A DNA stretch of 64,000 nt from Lingula anatina. Its lineage: Eukaryota > Animalia > Brachiopoda. The notes under the pieces were generated by a model. The model did no database searches. It saw nothing but the letters and a program-made list of their open reading frames with translations, and was not told where the DNA came from. Numbering within the stretch: position 1 is the first letter of the stretch; each line of letters starts with the position of its first letter. The position numbers were made by a program, and so were the translations under genes. Shown piece by piece: positions 1-13,017 of this stretch. The stretch covers positions 13,786,567-13,850,566 of the forward strand of contig CM120644.1 in assembly GCA_051362555.1 (NCBI GenBank). The letters run 5' to 3'.

Positions 1-3000
1 ATGTCGCCGATGCCGTCGAACTGTCCTGAAAATTCGTCGAAACCGTCCTCGCTCCCCGCCGTTGTCGCATGAAGTCCGACTCCTTGCGTATCGGTCATGA
101 AGTTGCCAACCTTGCTATCGAACGGTCGTGGTACCTCGAATGTGTAGAGTGCGACTGGGCCCAGATCTGGAATATGACGTAATTATTTACAAGTCAAAAA
201 ATGTTTTCTTTTTGTGATATCATTATTATTTCATATTAGTGTTTTTAATTTTTTAAATAATACCAGGCCTACCCAACTACCAGACTCGGCACCGAATGAT
301 CCTGAATTCACCGGTAAATCGGACCACACTACCCGTTTTCAAGGTGTGAGTCAGTACGCATTACAAAGTATCAGACGCGACACCGCTCTTGCCTAGTACG
401 CGATGTGATAGTGACGATTCTCAGCGGGGTTGAAAAGCATTGCATTTCCACTCAAAATTTGTTCAGGGTATGATACTGTGTAATGCGTACTGACTCACAC
501 CTTGAAAACGGGTGGTGAGGTCTGATCTACCGGTGAATTCAGGATCATTCGGTGCCGAGTCTGGTAGTTGGATAGGCCTGAATACGACCAGTAAAGAATT
601 GCGAACCCTGTTGCATGGAAAGAATTTGTCGATAGTGAGACAAAAGATTTTTTCAGCAATGACAGAAACTGCATTATGCTCATATGTATAGTATTTGTAT
701 CTAAGAATAAGGTGTTGGCGTACATGTTCAGGTATGTACAGCAGCCGGTTTCAAATTTGTTTCAAATTATTATTTTTTTTCAAGGCAATGATGCAGGATC
801 TAAAATATCTTATAAAATGACATCAAAACCATGACAGGAAATTATGGGCATATGATCCATTAAACATGTTTAATTTTACAATTTGACAAAGTATAATTAA
901 ACCGAATTCCATGTTTTTTGCATATTACTGCCCTTTGAGCTACTTCTAAAAAAATTTGTCATCTAATTTTTTAGTCATCTAATTTTTTAGGTTCCTTTTT
1001 ATAGAACAGCCTCAGACGCGCACTTGAACGACCAGTAACTACCAAACAACATTTCCACGATAGGAGGTATATATGTATATAACTATACAGTTTTAAACTT
1101 TCCCAAAGTTAGAGGGATATTAACTGTTCTTATGTGTTTCATAAATTATTGCAATATCTCAATGAATATTATTAAATACATAGTAAACAACTCATAGAAA
1201 TATATAAAATTCCATTTTACCACCAAAACAACGGTTATCACAACAATTCCGCAGTCTGTGCTTGCCTTCAGACCACATTGACCTTCACAGAAGGCTATAC
1301 CTCCGTTTTTGTCCAAAACGAACAGTTGTAATCTCTTTAAAAGATGTTTGAAAAAATCAAGAAAATAACTCCCATACCCGGTGGCACACACTCGCAGCGG
1401 TTCGGATTGACGGAGAAAATCAGATGACCACAACTGACCCTCTGGACAAACCCGTCTACATTGGCCTTTCTGTAGTACACGTGGCTGTTACGTGGCTCCT
1501 CACAGTATGTGTAGCCAGTGTCAAACCTTGCCTTACAACACTCTGAAAAGTGAAAAGAATTAATGGAATAAAAATCATTTATTTGTATGGTGTGGCATTA
1601 ATGGTTTATAATTTCGTCGGACTTTTAATATGTTATATCTGTTTATGTGACCTTAATTTATTCATTTACTTTGTGTCAATCCAAATAAGAAGGATTATTC
1701 ATAATATTCCCGTGGTGTCAAATAGCTAGAAAACGCAGAGAAAAGTATTCGAAGAAAATGAATATACGTGCCTGTATATTGCGGTGTGAGTGAACGGGAG
1801 TATGCAAATTAAATAAATGAATGAATGAATGAGTTTAAGACTTGAAGCATTAATCTATTGTAAAACACATTCGCTTCTTTTGCAAAAATACTAATTATAA
1901 TCGCCGATGACTTCTTTGCACAAATTTAGTAACAAAATTAAAATAAATTTTATTAACTTACGAGCACCAGCGGCTATGCTTATCACTGGTGGCGGTGGAA
2001 CCGTCATTGGAACAGGTGGGTCTGTAAGAATGGAGTAAAATTTAAAAATATATAATTCTAAAACATGGAGATTGGCATTTGGTATTTGCATTGCAATTTT
2101 GGAACTGAAGCCGATGTATGGAGGACAATGTACGCCACTTTTGTACATGTATGAATCTATAGGTCACCGACAAAATGTTTTAAGTTAAAACTTCGAATAA
2201 AGGGCTTAAATACAAATTGCTGTGTCAAAAAAGGCGTGATTTTGGCGAATTTTCCAAATCGATTCAATGCATTCCTGCATAAATAGAACGCAAACTTTAA
2301 AATTAGCACAACTTACCCGTGACGGGACATCTTGGTTCCGGTGCTTTGGATCCCACGCAGCTAGCGTTGTTACAGTGTACGCAAGCCGGAATCGCCCTGT
2401 CGAACAGCGTGCCGGGGGAACATTCGTACCGCTGGAATATTATTTCATGAAAAGGTCCAAGGTCGCACCGCAGAAAGAATCGGCAATCATCGGGATCCTC
2501 AAAGAAGCCGACGCCTTGGCGCTCTTCTATGCATTTCTTACAAAAATCTTTCGTGGAAAAAAGAAAAAATAATAAGTTGTCAATTTGGAATTTTTATACT
2601 GTTAAGCAATATACCATATAAACCAAGGGACTGCGTTTTCTGCTATTTTGCTTGATTTTCATTAGTTATGATCGTTTTTTGAGGTCACCAAAACGACCAT
2701 CAATGTGTTTGACATCCTTTTCCTCACTCTGCCAATTAAAATGCTTATTTACGTTATTCAAAATTCACATGGAACTGTCCATGGTAAATGCTAAACTGTA
2801 AGGGTAACAGTGTTAGCCGTCTGTCTTGACACAGCTAGTTTTGAGTATTCAGGTCTTCACACAAATCGCCTATAGTTACGTGCAGATTCATTGAAAGTAT
2901 TAGGGTATTTTGATTGTAACCCCTACACCTGGAAAGGCCCGTTAGCTGTTGTCGATAGCTAACATTGAAATTTCAGTGTTTGACAACTAAGCTGATGACA

Positions 3001-6000
3001 CTGAATGCACTTTAGCGAAAATCCCCCGCAGAGTTGGATCGCTCCAGCTAGTACGATGAGTTTATCTGAATGTGATCAAGGCGTCCGCTTTACATTAGAT
3101 TCATGCAAGGTCAAGTTAAGCGTGACGTAAGTGGGTCAGAATTTAGGACGCAGCTTAAATGTGCATATCAGTGGGAACCGTTCATGACACCGGATTCAAG
3201 TTGTTACAATTTGGAAAGCATCCTATGAGTTCTTCGTTCAACGTAATGTCACTGAAATCTTCTGTAAGCGATTCAAAACACGCACAGCGGTGACAGAAGG
3301 GAGTAAAACATTGACAAATAAATATAAAATGGCTTAATTACTTGAAGCACGGCAAGTAACTCGACATTCAACATTTTAAACCCTGCGTGACAGAAAAAAA
3401 AGGGTCATATGGCATCTAAGAATTAATTTATAAGGGACTTGACAATCGCGCTCTGTTTAGGTTTGGTAGACTGATATTGTTCTACGTAAAAAATATTGAT
3501 GACAAATTGTAGTTTACGTGTATCATCTCACGTTGTACACATATACATACAGACTTTATCAGCCAATGATATTGAGCAAAGAAATGAGAATACTGATACT
3601 TCATTTATTTCATATGAGTCATTTCACAAAAAAAGTGAACGTTTGAGTCACGTTTTTTTTTTTTTTGTGGAATATCCACATAACTGATTAATTTCTGTTG
3701 ATTTCTTTCCACATTGGAGGGAAGTGTATTATAAAGCAGCAAGTTAATCAGGCAAGTCAAAAGTATGCCAGCATTACGCAAGATGTATGCGTCACCGATA
3801 TGACTCAATTTTTTATTTTTATTTTTTGTGTGTGTGTGTGGAATGGACCCGATCTATTTATTAACTCATTTTTGAAATATTTGCAAATATCAACATTAAA
3901 AAATATTCCTACCATGTACACGCCACAAATTAGTCACTGGCTATGGGAGGTAATGCTATATTAATCACTGAAACTCTATTTAGAAACAACTAGACTTCAC
4001 GGTTTACCACTGAGCTCGTTATTGCATCATTTAAATGCGGAAAAAATAAAAAAAGTATAATAGATAATAATGTCTTCGCATGTTATGTCAATTATGGTTG
4101 CATTTATTTCCTCTCCGGGCATGATATCACTCGCATCAAATAAGCATAGTCGACCACAAATGAGAGATTAAGTTGACAAAGGGACCTATTTGGTAAACCT
4201 AGCTTGGTATTTGAGTTACCTTGAGTGCCTTTTGTGTATTATTGTGTGTCAGGAAATATACTTTATGGCCATTGTTATAATTTTATTACTTAAGATATCG
4301 TGGTTCTGATGAACTTTTTCAAATTCCACTTCCGCAATCAACATCGTAAATTTAAAATTTAAAATTCTGGTTTTTGTTTTTAAAGATGAAAGCTTCTTTA
4401 GTCAAGCTATATCGCCATTAAAGAAAACAGTGTGTTTGGAACTCTTTTTAGTTAATTTTTTCACAATCCTCATGTAAAGCAAGCGTGTTCAGTTGTGGAT
4501 CAAAAGGAACCCCACCTTTTTTCCTCCCCAAAAAAATACAGTATTAACGACCAAAACTAGACAAAACTGAGCAAATTTACATCCCTGTACTATGTCAGAC
4601 AATTTTGAAAATCTTTGCCCCCCCCCCCCCCCCCCCCCCCCCCAACCCACCTGATAAAGCCCTGGATTCGCCTGTGCATGTTGGACCCATATCATCCACT
4701 TACATGGCTTTTGAACTGTCTGGAGTAAAAGTTAACCGGCGGTCAGCAGGGGTCACTTACCTCTGGCCACTAAGTCCCTCCAGTCTGCCTCTGTCCACCG
4801 GAAGTGGCCCAGGAGGACCAAGACCATGGCTAAGACTGTAAAAAATAAAGAAGTTTGTTTCTTTCAACAAAAAGTCTTTATCTTCAACATATCATCAATT
4901 CAGAAATTACTCTTAATCTTATTTGACGTGTGTTTTAAATTTACTGAAGTGCCTTTGGATTGCAAGCATAACCCCTTGAGTAAAATAAGAAGTTGACAAG
5001 GAGGAGAAAAGAAGGTACAAGTTGAACTGGTATATTGAAGACTCCCTCCGAACCTATAGACAACTGATCCATATCCAAATCACTATAACAAAAATATACC
5101 AGTATCACTGATAGGCTTATATACACGATTTTTTTAGGGGTTGCGAAATACTAAAAGTTTCGAGGGAGGGTGTTTAATGTATCTAGGATTTCACAAACAC
5201 ACGTAGTTTCAACTCTAATCCATGGATCCAAGTTGGGAGGAGCACTGTAAGTCACGTCCACCCAGACATCTCACCCCCCCCCCCAAAAAAAAGGATAAAA
5301 AGTGAAATGAGACAAAAGTTCCCAACATTACAGTAAGTCTGTCAACTCTTTTATAATATATGCCTCATTTAATTATCTAAGCTAGAAAAGAAAAAAATCT
5401 AAGTAAAGTCCTGTACATGTATCCGCCAGTTTGTGCATCAAAGACAAGTCACTTTTTGTAAGAAAGCAATCCTCTTAGACGCATTACGCAGTGTTAAGAA
5501 ATGCAGCCACTCCATTTAGTGGATCTAAACTTAATTTGATGCCAAACGAATGAAAAGAATTCACATCAAGATGAGTAACTGAATACAATTGTAGCATCTA
5601 TCATGTCTGTCTTATTTATTTCCTCAATTGAAAGTCTCTGATTAAAAACGTCTTAGGGCCAATTCCCAATGATACTATCGTTCTACGTAGGTCGATCCAA
5701 CTCCACGGGGACTCTCGCTGAATTGGGGTTATCTTCTCTCTATTTTTCCTCCGCCCCCCCCCCCCCCCCCCAAAAAAAAAAGAAAAAAAAACAGGCAGTA
5801 CAACATAAAAGACAATCCCAAGCAATGTGGGATTTCATTTCTGTGTCCTACTCCGTACATGTTATAGATATGTTATAAATATGTACATGGCCCGACGTGT
5901 TAATCCTTGCGCCTACCTGAATGCAAAACCCTGAATGCGTCAGTGACAGTGATGACTGTATTACAAATATTGCATGCCTTGCATTGCCCTCATTGGGGGG

Positions 6001-6924
6001 GGGGGAGGAGTACGTTGATCTATTTTTCTATCTGCTTATCTCTTCGTACGCGTGCCTGTATGCCTTTTTTTCTTTCAGAATGAGATTAAACATATTCGGG
6101 TAAACTTATTCCCTTTGCCCTTACAATTAGACGGCAATGAGACGTTTTTCAAACGGTTTTTGGGGACAGATTTAAAGACAAATGGCTCTAGCGTCCCAAC
6201 GGAAGACTCGGTGAATGACATATTAATGAAACGATCATTTCGTTTGGCTTATGTTGGTGTCACCCCACTAATGTTCATTACAATTCATGTCACACTGCAT
6301 TCTGGTGTAATTAGATACGAGTGAGTATACGGACACCCAAAGAGCTCGGCTCATGATTTTTGTTCTCCTCTTCTTTGCTTCTTCGCTGAAAAAATGCATT
6401 TATTTATTTGGGCAAGAGGTTTTTTTTACTTGTTTCGGATTAGTTTCAAGTTTTGAATGCAGTTTTGAATAATGTTTGAGCATTATTTAATGGTCAGAAC
6501 GGGTATACTGCTGATAATAATTTAAGTTACTGTGCTATTTAGATGAACATTTTGTCATATCAAACACGTAGTCTATATTTCTTTTACATATATTCCATTC
6601 AGTTCCTTGTTATTTATTTTTAACTGATTTCTTTTGTTTCCTGCATAGTTCTAAAGTTCTATATCAGCTTAAAAACGTGGCATTTGGCGACCACTAGTGC
6701 ATTCGAACCGTATTACAGTATACTCAACAATACACTCCATATTTGTCGACACACTCTCGTTACTAATCCAGTAACGTGATTTTGTGAAACACTGTATTTA
6801 CTGGAGGAACATCGCTGATTTATTTCTGCGGATAGACAGCCTTATACCTATCTGCTAGACACGCGCCAGCGCACGAAAACACATAACCAAACAGCTAACA
6901 AAACTCTCTCTTTTTCTTTTCATT

Positions 6925-6961
<37 letters not shown>

Positions 6962-7267
6962 CAACATTGCATCATTTTTAATCTAAATATTTCATTAATG
7001 CAGTCGTTCTCGTGCACATCAAGCTAAACCGTTTGGTTGCAAATATGCCAAATATGCCACGCATATGCACTTAGCGAGCTTTGTATCAGATCAAACGATA
7101 ACGACACCTAGCGATATATAGATGTTAAATCTTAACATAACTCATGCAGACGACATGCATGCCTTCCTATACAAATGGCTTTTAAAAACAGACAAGATCT
7201 ATAAAGAAATAATGGTACACAAATCACCTCGCTTACCTTTTAAACCAGTCTGCCCCAATTTTATCAT
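1..7267 (-). CDS. Secreted chitin-binding (ChtBD2/peritrophin-A) + laminin-G-like protein, Pif/LamG3-like shell-matrix candidate; 3' part lies outside the window
   Basis: Phase-consistent GT-AG exons: 7237-7267 (MIKLGQTGLK), 4761-4835 (VLAMVLVLLGHFRWTEADWRDLVAR, signal peptide), 2317-2547 (DFCKKCIEERQGVGFFEDPDDCRFFLRC...ECSPGTLFDRAIPACVHCNNASC, ChtBD2 Cys pattern), 1962-2021 (Pro-rich DPPVPMTVPPPPV), 1378-1542 (second Cys-rich chitin-binding-like unit), <=166 (DLGPVALYTFE...GLHATT...FSGQFDG, LamG/ConA-like start). Confidence 0.8.
264..580. mobile_element. Non-autonomous DNA transposon (MITE) with ~100-bp TIRs, CAG termini and 5-bp TSD (hAT5-like)
   Basis: CAGGCCTACCCAACTACCAGACTCGGCACCGAATGATCC... 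at 264 is mirrored at 580. AATAC lies at both 259-263 and 581-585. Confidence 0.85.
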
Positions 7268-8254
7268 TGTTCCGTCTTTCCCTCCCTCCATCTCAGACAT
7301 ATGCATCTACCCCTACAAATAATAAACTAAAGGCCTCTTCCACAGTCCCTATATGTATTCCCTCTCACTACTTTGACTTGTCCGTAATATTGACGTTTTT
7401 CGTATATGTCCCAGTGCTGTCCTTTTCATGACTTTATCCAATAAAACGAAAGGGAACTTTTGACTTGTGTCAGGTATCGATATGCGGTCACCCAGTGATA
7501 TTCTCCTCCTTGTCTGCAAACGTTTATAAACGATGCCTTGTTATATGGGGACTCCACTCAACTTAGACTCAGCCCTTCCGTTCACCAAACCTCACTTTTC
7601 TGGCTAGTGGTTTTTCCACTGTGCCTAAGTGTGAAGATGAAGACAGTTCTTTCTCTCCTCTTTGTGTATTTTTCTCTGCAATACTCGAGGTTATATAGAT
7701 CTCTATAGACATGTGTGTCAAATGGTAATGAAGGGACTCCCGCGGTCGCTATTTCTTTGGGATATTTCTGTTACTCACTCGATCCTCGATGTGGAAATAA
7801 ATCACGTTTCTGATTAAAATATAACTATTTAAATTTATCCCCGAGGATACATGGCCAGGACATACGTCGTAGTTCCTTTAAATAAATTCCATTGAATCGT
7901 GACCAATGAATGTAGCAATTTAAATTAATATCAAATGCACATTAACCCGTTCACTGCTAAGATGAGATGCACCGTTCCGAAAGCGTTCCCTCTGTCACGC
8001 GTTAATGACATTAAGCGTCTGTCGGATGAAGAGGGATGCGTGTAGAGAGCGTTCAGCTGGTTTTAAGTGATGCACGGCTCATTTCCCCGTGACAGTAATC
8101 CTGTTTGTATACACCTTTGGTATGAACACATACTAAACACAGCCAAGAGATTCTCTGACTCCGCAAGAGATCTTTCCATATTATCGGTATTTTCTATTTT
8201 CCCTCAGTCTGTTTTACCGAGTTTATCATCCATTAATTAATTAATTAGTTATAT

Positions 8255-8297
<43 letters not shown>

Positions 8298-8534
8298 TTC
8301 AATTCAGAACATTTGCTTCAGCATGTGTTGATAATGATTTAAAAAGTCAGACAGAGAGTAGAGTAATAAACTTTTTAATTATTTGGAAAAACTGGAAAAA
8401 ATTCAGACAAAACATGCAGGTGATAATGACAAGCTTTTGGTAAAACATAACATTCATAATAGAAGCAGTTTACCAAAGAATTTCTATTTTAGAGTAAAGC
8501 AAAGGCTGCCACCTCGCGGAGGACAAAAAATTAA

Positions 8535-8751
8535 CCCTTACGAAAATTTCCTATTGAGTCCAAAGGGGTGTCCTATAGAAAATTGGCCCCAAATCCTATA
8601 AGGTCCTTTGGGAAATATTTCCTGGTTAGGAGTTCTATAGGAACTCCGATGAAATCCTGTAGGGTTCGTATGGAGTCCTGTGTAAGTCCTATACAGTCAT
8701 ATAGAGTCCATAGCATCCCAAAGGACGTCCTTTAGGACATCTTCGTAAGGG
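8535..8751. mobile_element. Short EnSpm/CACTA-like MITE related to the 57388-60948 element
   Basis: Termini CCCTTACGAA...TTCGTAAGGG, AA on both flanks (2-bp TSD), degenerate CCTATAGG units inside. Confidence 0.75.
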
Positions 8752-8855
8752 AAATATAATCCTGTACACGTAGCCCCCGCTCCCCCCCCCCCCCCCCCCC
8801 CTTCCTCATTTTTCCGGAGTATTTATATTGTGACTAAAAAGACCCACAAACGGTA

Positions 8856-8932
8856 CTCTCTGACCACAGGGTTCGCTGTAATCTTGTCGGTGTTAAATTT
8901 TGTAACCAACAACGACCCCTGTGGTCAGAGAG
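8856..8932. mobile_element. Small TA-TSD MITE (Tc1/mariner-type)
   Basis: TA|CTCTCTGACCACAGGGG ... CCCCTGTGGTCAGAGAG|TA. A matching end occurs near 24388-24405. Confidence 0.7.
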
Positions 8933-10140
8933 TAAGAGGTCGTTTTGTAAGTCACCAATTTCGAGAATAGGCGAGAATTGTCGTGAATATTATGTTGTCA
9001 TCTTCAAATCGGCACGCAAGTAGTTAAATGTTATATGTAAAAGAAATTGTCACATTGGCTACATGTATATCAAACGCTGGATTTTCCACATGTTGAATAT
9101 TTTTCTCAATTGTTTTGCCTTTTGGTCGTTCCCTTAAAGGGAGTGAATATGTTATCCCACTGCTATTTCGGTTTTGGTAGTTATATGTTCTTTAGTCCCC
9201 CTTTTTCAATTGATTTTGAGATATATTTTGCCTGGCTTTACATGTCGGATTTTACAAGTAATGCGTGGAACATCGCATTTCATATGATATGAGGCATTCC
9301 CATCACTGCTTTTATGTACTAATCAACCCCTTTTTTTGTTCCTTTAAGCTAAAATAGCTTTCAAGACTCACGCTAATACATTACTCTCCATGAAACCACC
9401 TGATCTTTTTCTTTCTTTCTTTTTTTTTTTTTTTTTTTTTTTTGGTACAAACAACTGTTCTTTTTTTAAACAAGCAATATCCAATCAGATCCATCCACAC
9501 ATGCAACAACAAGTTGTATTAAGTCCAGCGCACATGGTGCCGAACGCGCTGAGCTATCAACTCTCAACGCTTGAGGCCTAATATTTGAGTGCACTCCACC
9601 CTCCTACCAAATGGAGCCTTTGACCGAACGTGTAATTTTTTTCGTTAAGTCACAAGGTGCCAATGGAATATTCAACAAAGCGAGATTTGGGAGCTGAAAA
9701 GAGAATCTCGTGCGGCCGGTGACTCAGCCTCGTAATCATCGGTGTGCGTCGGGCAGTAGGAACGGTATAAAACTCGCGCTCGCAACAAGTGTCGCACGCA
9801 TCGCCATTGCCAGCTTTGAAACCACCGGGAAACCCATATCAGACAAAGCGCCAGATATTTTCTTTTGAGCAAAACATATCTATAACCTATAGTTGCATAT
9901 TTGAAAGCTCGTTACTCAAGAGGCAGGGGCATCAGACGGTTATCTATTTAACTGACTAGCGTTTTCTTTGAATGATGGAAAAGCTGACTATAAATCCAAT
10001 CGTGCTTCTGGGCATGGTTTTTGCGTAAGTAGCATTTTTTTTCTCTTAATTTGTACAGAATTATGTATTAATAAGGCATGTACCATCTTTTCTGGAGACG
10101 ACTTATTGCTGGTCTTCTGGGGTTACACCATTTCTTCAGC

Positions 10141-12610
10141 ATGGCGTCAGAGGGCCTAATTTTTAAGTTATTTAACCCAAAAACAAGTGGGTAAGCCTGT
10201 AAAGCCTGTAAGCCTGTAAGCCTGTAAAGTAATTTATATCTTGAGCACTGTGAGCTAGCAAAATTATAGCTTCTCTTAAGAAATCTGAATAAAAGAATTA
10301 GGAGAGACATTCTTTTTCGGGGGAACAAGAAGAAATAATTTGGTCTTCCCTTTGGAAATATACATGTACGCACCCACAGAGTCGTGACTAAGGACAACAA
10401 ACAATGAAATCAAAAACACTTTCACGTTATTTGGTAACGTATATATCGGTAACGTATCTATCATATAAACAATTTCAACGAACGGTTTCAAGACAAGTAA
10501 TCTATACTCGCCCTGCTTTTTCTTTGTGTTGTAATGTAGTATACCGTAAGAAAACAACAAACAATAAAAATAAAAGTATTTATTTATTCTATTTTCATTG
10601 GTTGTCTTTCGTTTTGTGGGCCAACACTTATGTCTTAATGTTACATTGAAATAAAAGAAAACGAGACAAAAAATATCTCTTGCCTTCAACTATCTGTGAA
10701 AATTGTTCATATGATACATACGTTACCGATACATACGTGACCAAGTAATATGAAGGTGTTGTTTTCTGATTCCATTGATTGTTCTCTGTTGTCACGACTT
10801 TGTGAGTGCGTGCGACGTTGTATATGTGCGCACGCATGTTTGTACGTCGCTCATTTTTATTTGTTTCGTAAATATGATAGATTCGTGTTAATTCACCGTA
10901 TAGATCTTAAGGAAAATAGAAGTATATATATTGATGCATCTTTGAAGATCTATATTACAGTTGTAAAATACAATCTGAGCTTTCGGCCCCTGGGCCTTCT
11001 TCGGGGATCTTCAAAGATGCATCAATATATATACATCTAGTAAATATGATACATACGTTACCGATACATACGTTACCATGTAGCGTGTAGGCTACATACT
11101 TTTATTTTTATTGTTTGTTGTCCGTTTTTGAGCAAACGCCTTTTTCTTAAGGTATACTACATTGCAATAAAAAAAGGAAAAGCAGGGCAAGTAAAGATTA
11201 CTTGTCTTGAAACTGTTTGTTGAAATTGTTTATATGATAGATACGTTACCGATTAATAAGTTATCAAATAACGTGAAGGTTTTGTTTTCTGATTTCATTG
11301 TTTGTTCGCTGTTGTCGCGACTCTGTGCTTGCATTGTATATATGTGCACACGCTGGTTATTACGTCGCTCATTCTTCTTTGTTACGTTAATATGATACAT
11401 ACGTTACCGATACATACGGTAATGGTAACGTATGTATCGGTAACGTATGTATCATTTTTACGTAACAAAGAAGGATGAGCGACGTAAAAACGCGCGTGCG
11501 CACATATACAACGTCGTAGATGTACGTATAAAATGCCAGACGATGATAATCTCACTGTATTGTGTAGGGCGCAGAGAGGCAAAAATCACTTTTTTTTTTT
11601 TTTTTTTTTTTGCAAATCGTGCTTTTTTTTTGGGGGGGGGGATACCCAAAAAATGCAAGAACCTAGGGAATATACGAGAATATCACTGTAGCCTCATTGG
11701 AACTGCCATAGGGAGAGTTCAGATAAACCAATCGTAGTGCCTGGATCGACCCAACTCTCTGGGGATTGTCGATTCAATGCATTCAATGTAATCAGCTTTA
11801 TTGTCTGACACCCCTCCTCGACCACAAAGGGGGTAATTAACTATCTTGTGCGTTCTTTCACTCGAGGAGCCGTTTCAGGCAATTAAGATGATGACACTGA
11901 ATGCACTTGAGCGAGAACCCCCCGCAGAGATGGTTCGATCCAGCTAGTACGATGGGTTTATCTGAACGTGGTCACAGTAATTATTATATCTCACTTAGGT
12001 GCGCGGCACTAGTCAACTGCGTGGCGAATAAAGCCGATAAGTACAAACCCCGCTACTTTGGAGCGGAAGATCCTGAGACCAATAAAGTTCGGAAAGAGGC
12101 GGCAAGGATATGGATGTCTGAGAATCAAAACAGAGGTAATGCCGATAGATTTCAACGATTTCTCCTTAATTACCAAGGTTCACCTTATTTTAAACCGTTC
12201 AAGAGATTACAATCCATAAGGAAACCCACTTAAAGTTCCACGTTTCTCTCCTTTATTAGCTTTACTCGCAACGTAGATTCACCCGTGACTGTAAAAATGG
12301 GAATTTTCCACTCGAAAACGGGTTTAAACATTGTAATTTTCGAAACAGTTTTGAACAGGTTATATAAGCTTTGGGAAGCTTATGATAGTATTTTTAAATT
12401 TAAATTGAACATATTCAATCAATTCTCTTAATCTTAAATATTAGTTTAATTTCGATATCGCTTTCGTCACTCCAGGCTGCCCTGCAATCATTAAGAAGAT
12501 AACTAAAGAGTGCAAGGGACGCGTTCCAACAATATCGAAGCCCTCCCTTGATAGGCAAGAATGTGAAAAGTAAAGCATTTCTCTCTCCATCTCTCTTGTA
12601 CACAGTGTAC

Positions 12611-12700
<90 letters not shown>

Positions 12701-13017
12701 AGCTTTGGGGTATTCCACCATAACGAGATTATTTGCAAATGTGCCATGAATGATAATTTAGGAAATATCTGTTCTCACAAAATTCTACTTTTTTAAAGGG
12801 TTATTTAAAAAAAGCGTAAACGATACAGAATGTGATAGTTAAATTTAATCATTTCAGAAACCTCGAACATATGTTTGACAATCGCCGGTGCCTGAAGGAT
12901 ACCTCAAAGATATACTTCCTTCGGGAATGTCAAGATGAAATTGAAAAGCTGCTGCAGGATGCTCACCAGATGCATGTTGAAGAACAGCGCCGTTGTCACG
13001 AAATGGCCGAATTATAA
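10141..13017 (+). CDS. Uncharacterised 141-aa protein (4 coding exons, third intron GC-AG)
   Basis: Exons 10141-10190, 11999-12135, 12476-12554, 12858-13017 total 426 nt and join in frame: MASEGLIFKLFNPKTSGCAALVNCVANKADKYKPRYFGAEDPETNKVRKEAARIWMSENQNRGCPAIIKKITKECKGRVPTISKPSLDRNLEHMFDNRRCLKDTSKIYFLRECQDEIEKLLQDAHQMHVEEQRRCHEMAEL. AATAAA near 13196. Confidence 0.65.
10370..11530. repeat. Mosaic of direct and inverted copies of a ~200-250-bp unit with core GATACATACGTTACCGAT
   Basis: ~10370-10620 is the reverse complement of ~11100-11340. ~10690-10880 repeats directly at ~11220-11420. Core motif appears in both orientations. Confidence 0.7.
11742..11943. mobile_element. Palindromic MITE family (CTGGATCGA...TCGATCCAG), multicopy in the window
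   Basis: Related copies or fragments near 2990-3060, 5690, 14505-14650, 22585-22910, 28583, 30450-30610 and 33068 share the GGATCGATCCAAC..GGGGATTCTCG motif. Confidence 0.65.
12616..12696. repeat. Compound (CT)n(GT)n microsatellite
   Basis: Directly visible. It generates the spurious RERE/THTH ORFs. Confidence 0.95.

Noticed and set aside
12858-12900. In-frame TGA as selenocysteine if exon 12476-12554 is skipped
   Set aside because: Including the GC-donor exon gives a clean ORF, the read-through frame is not convincing, and no SECIS was recognised.
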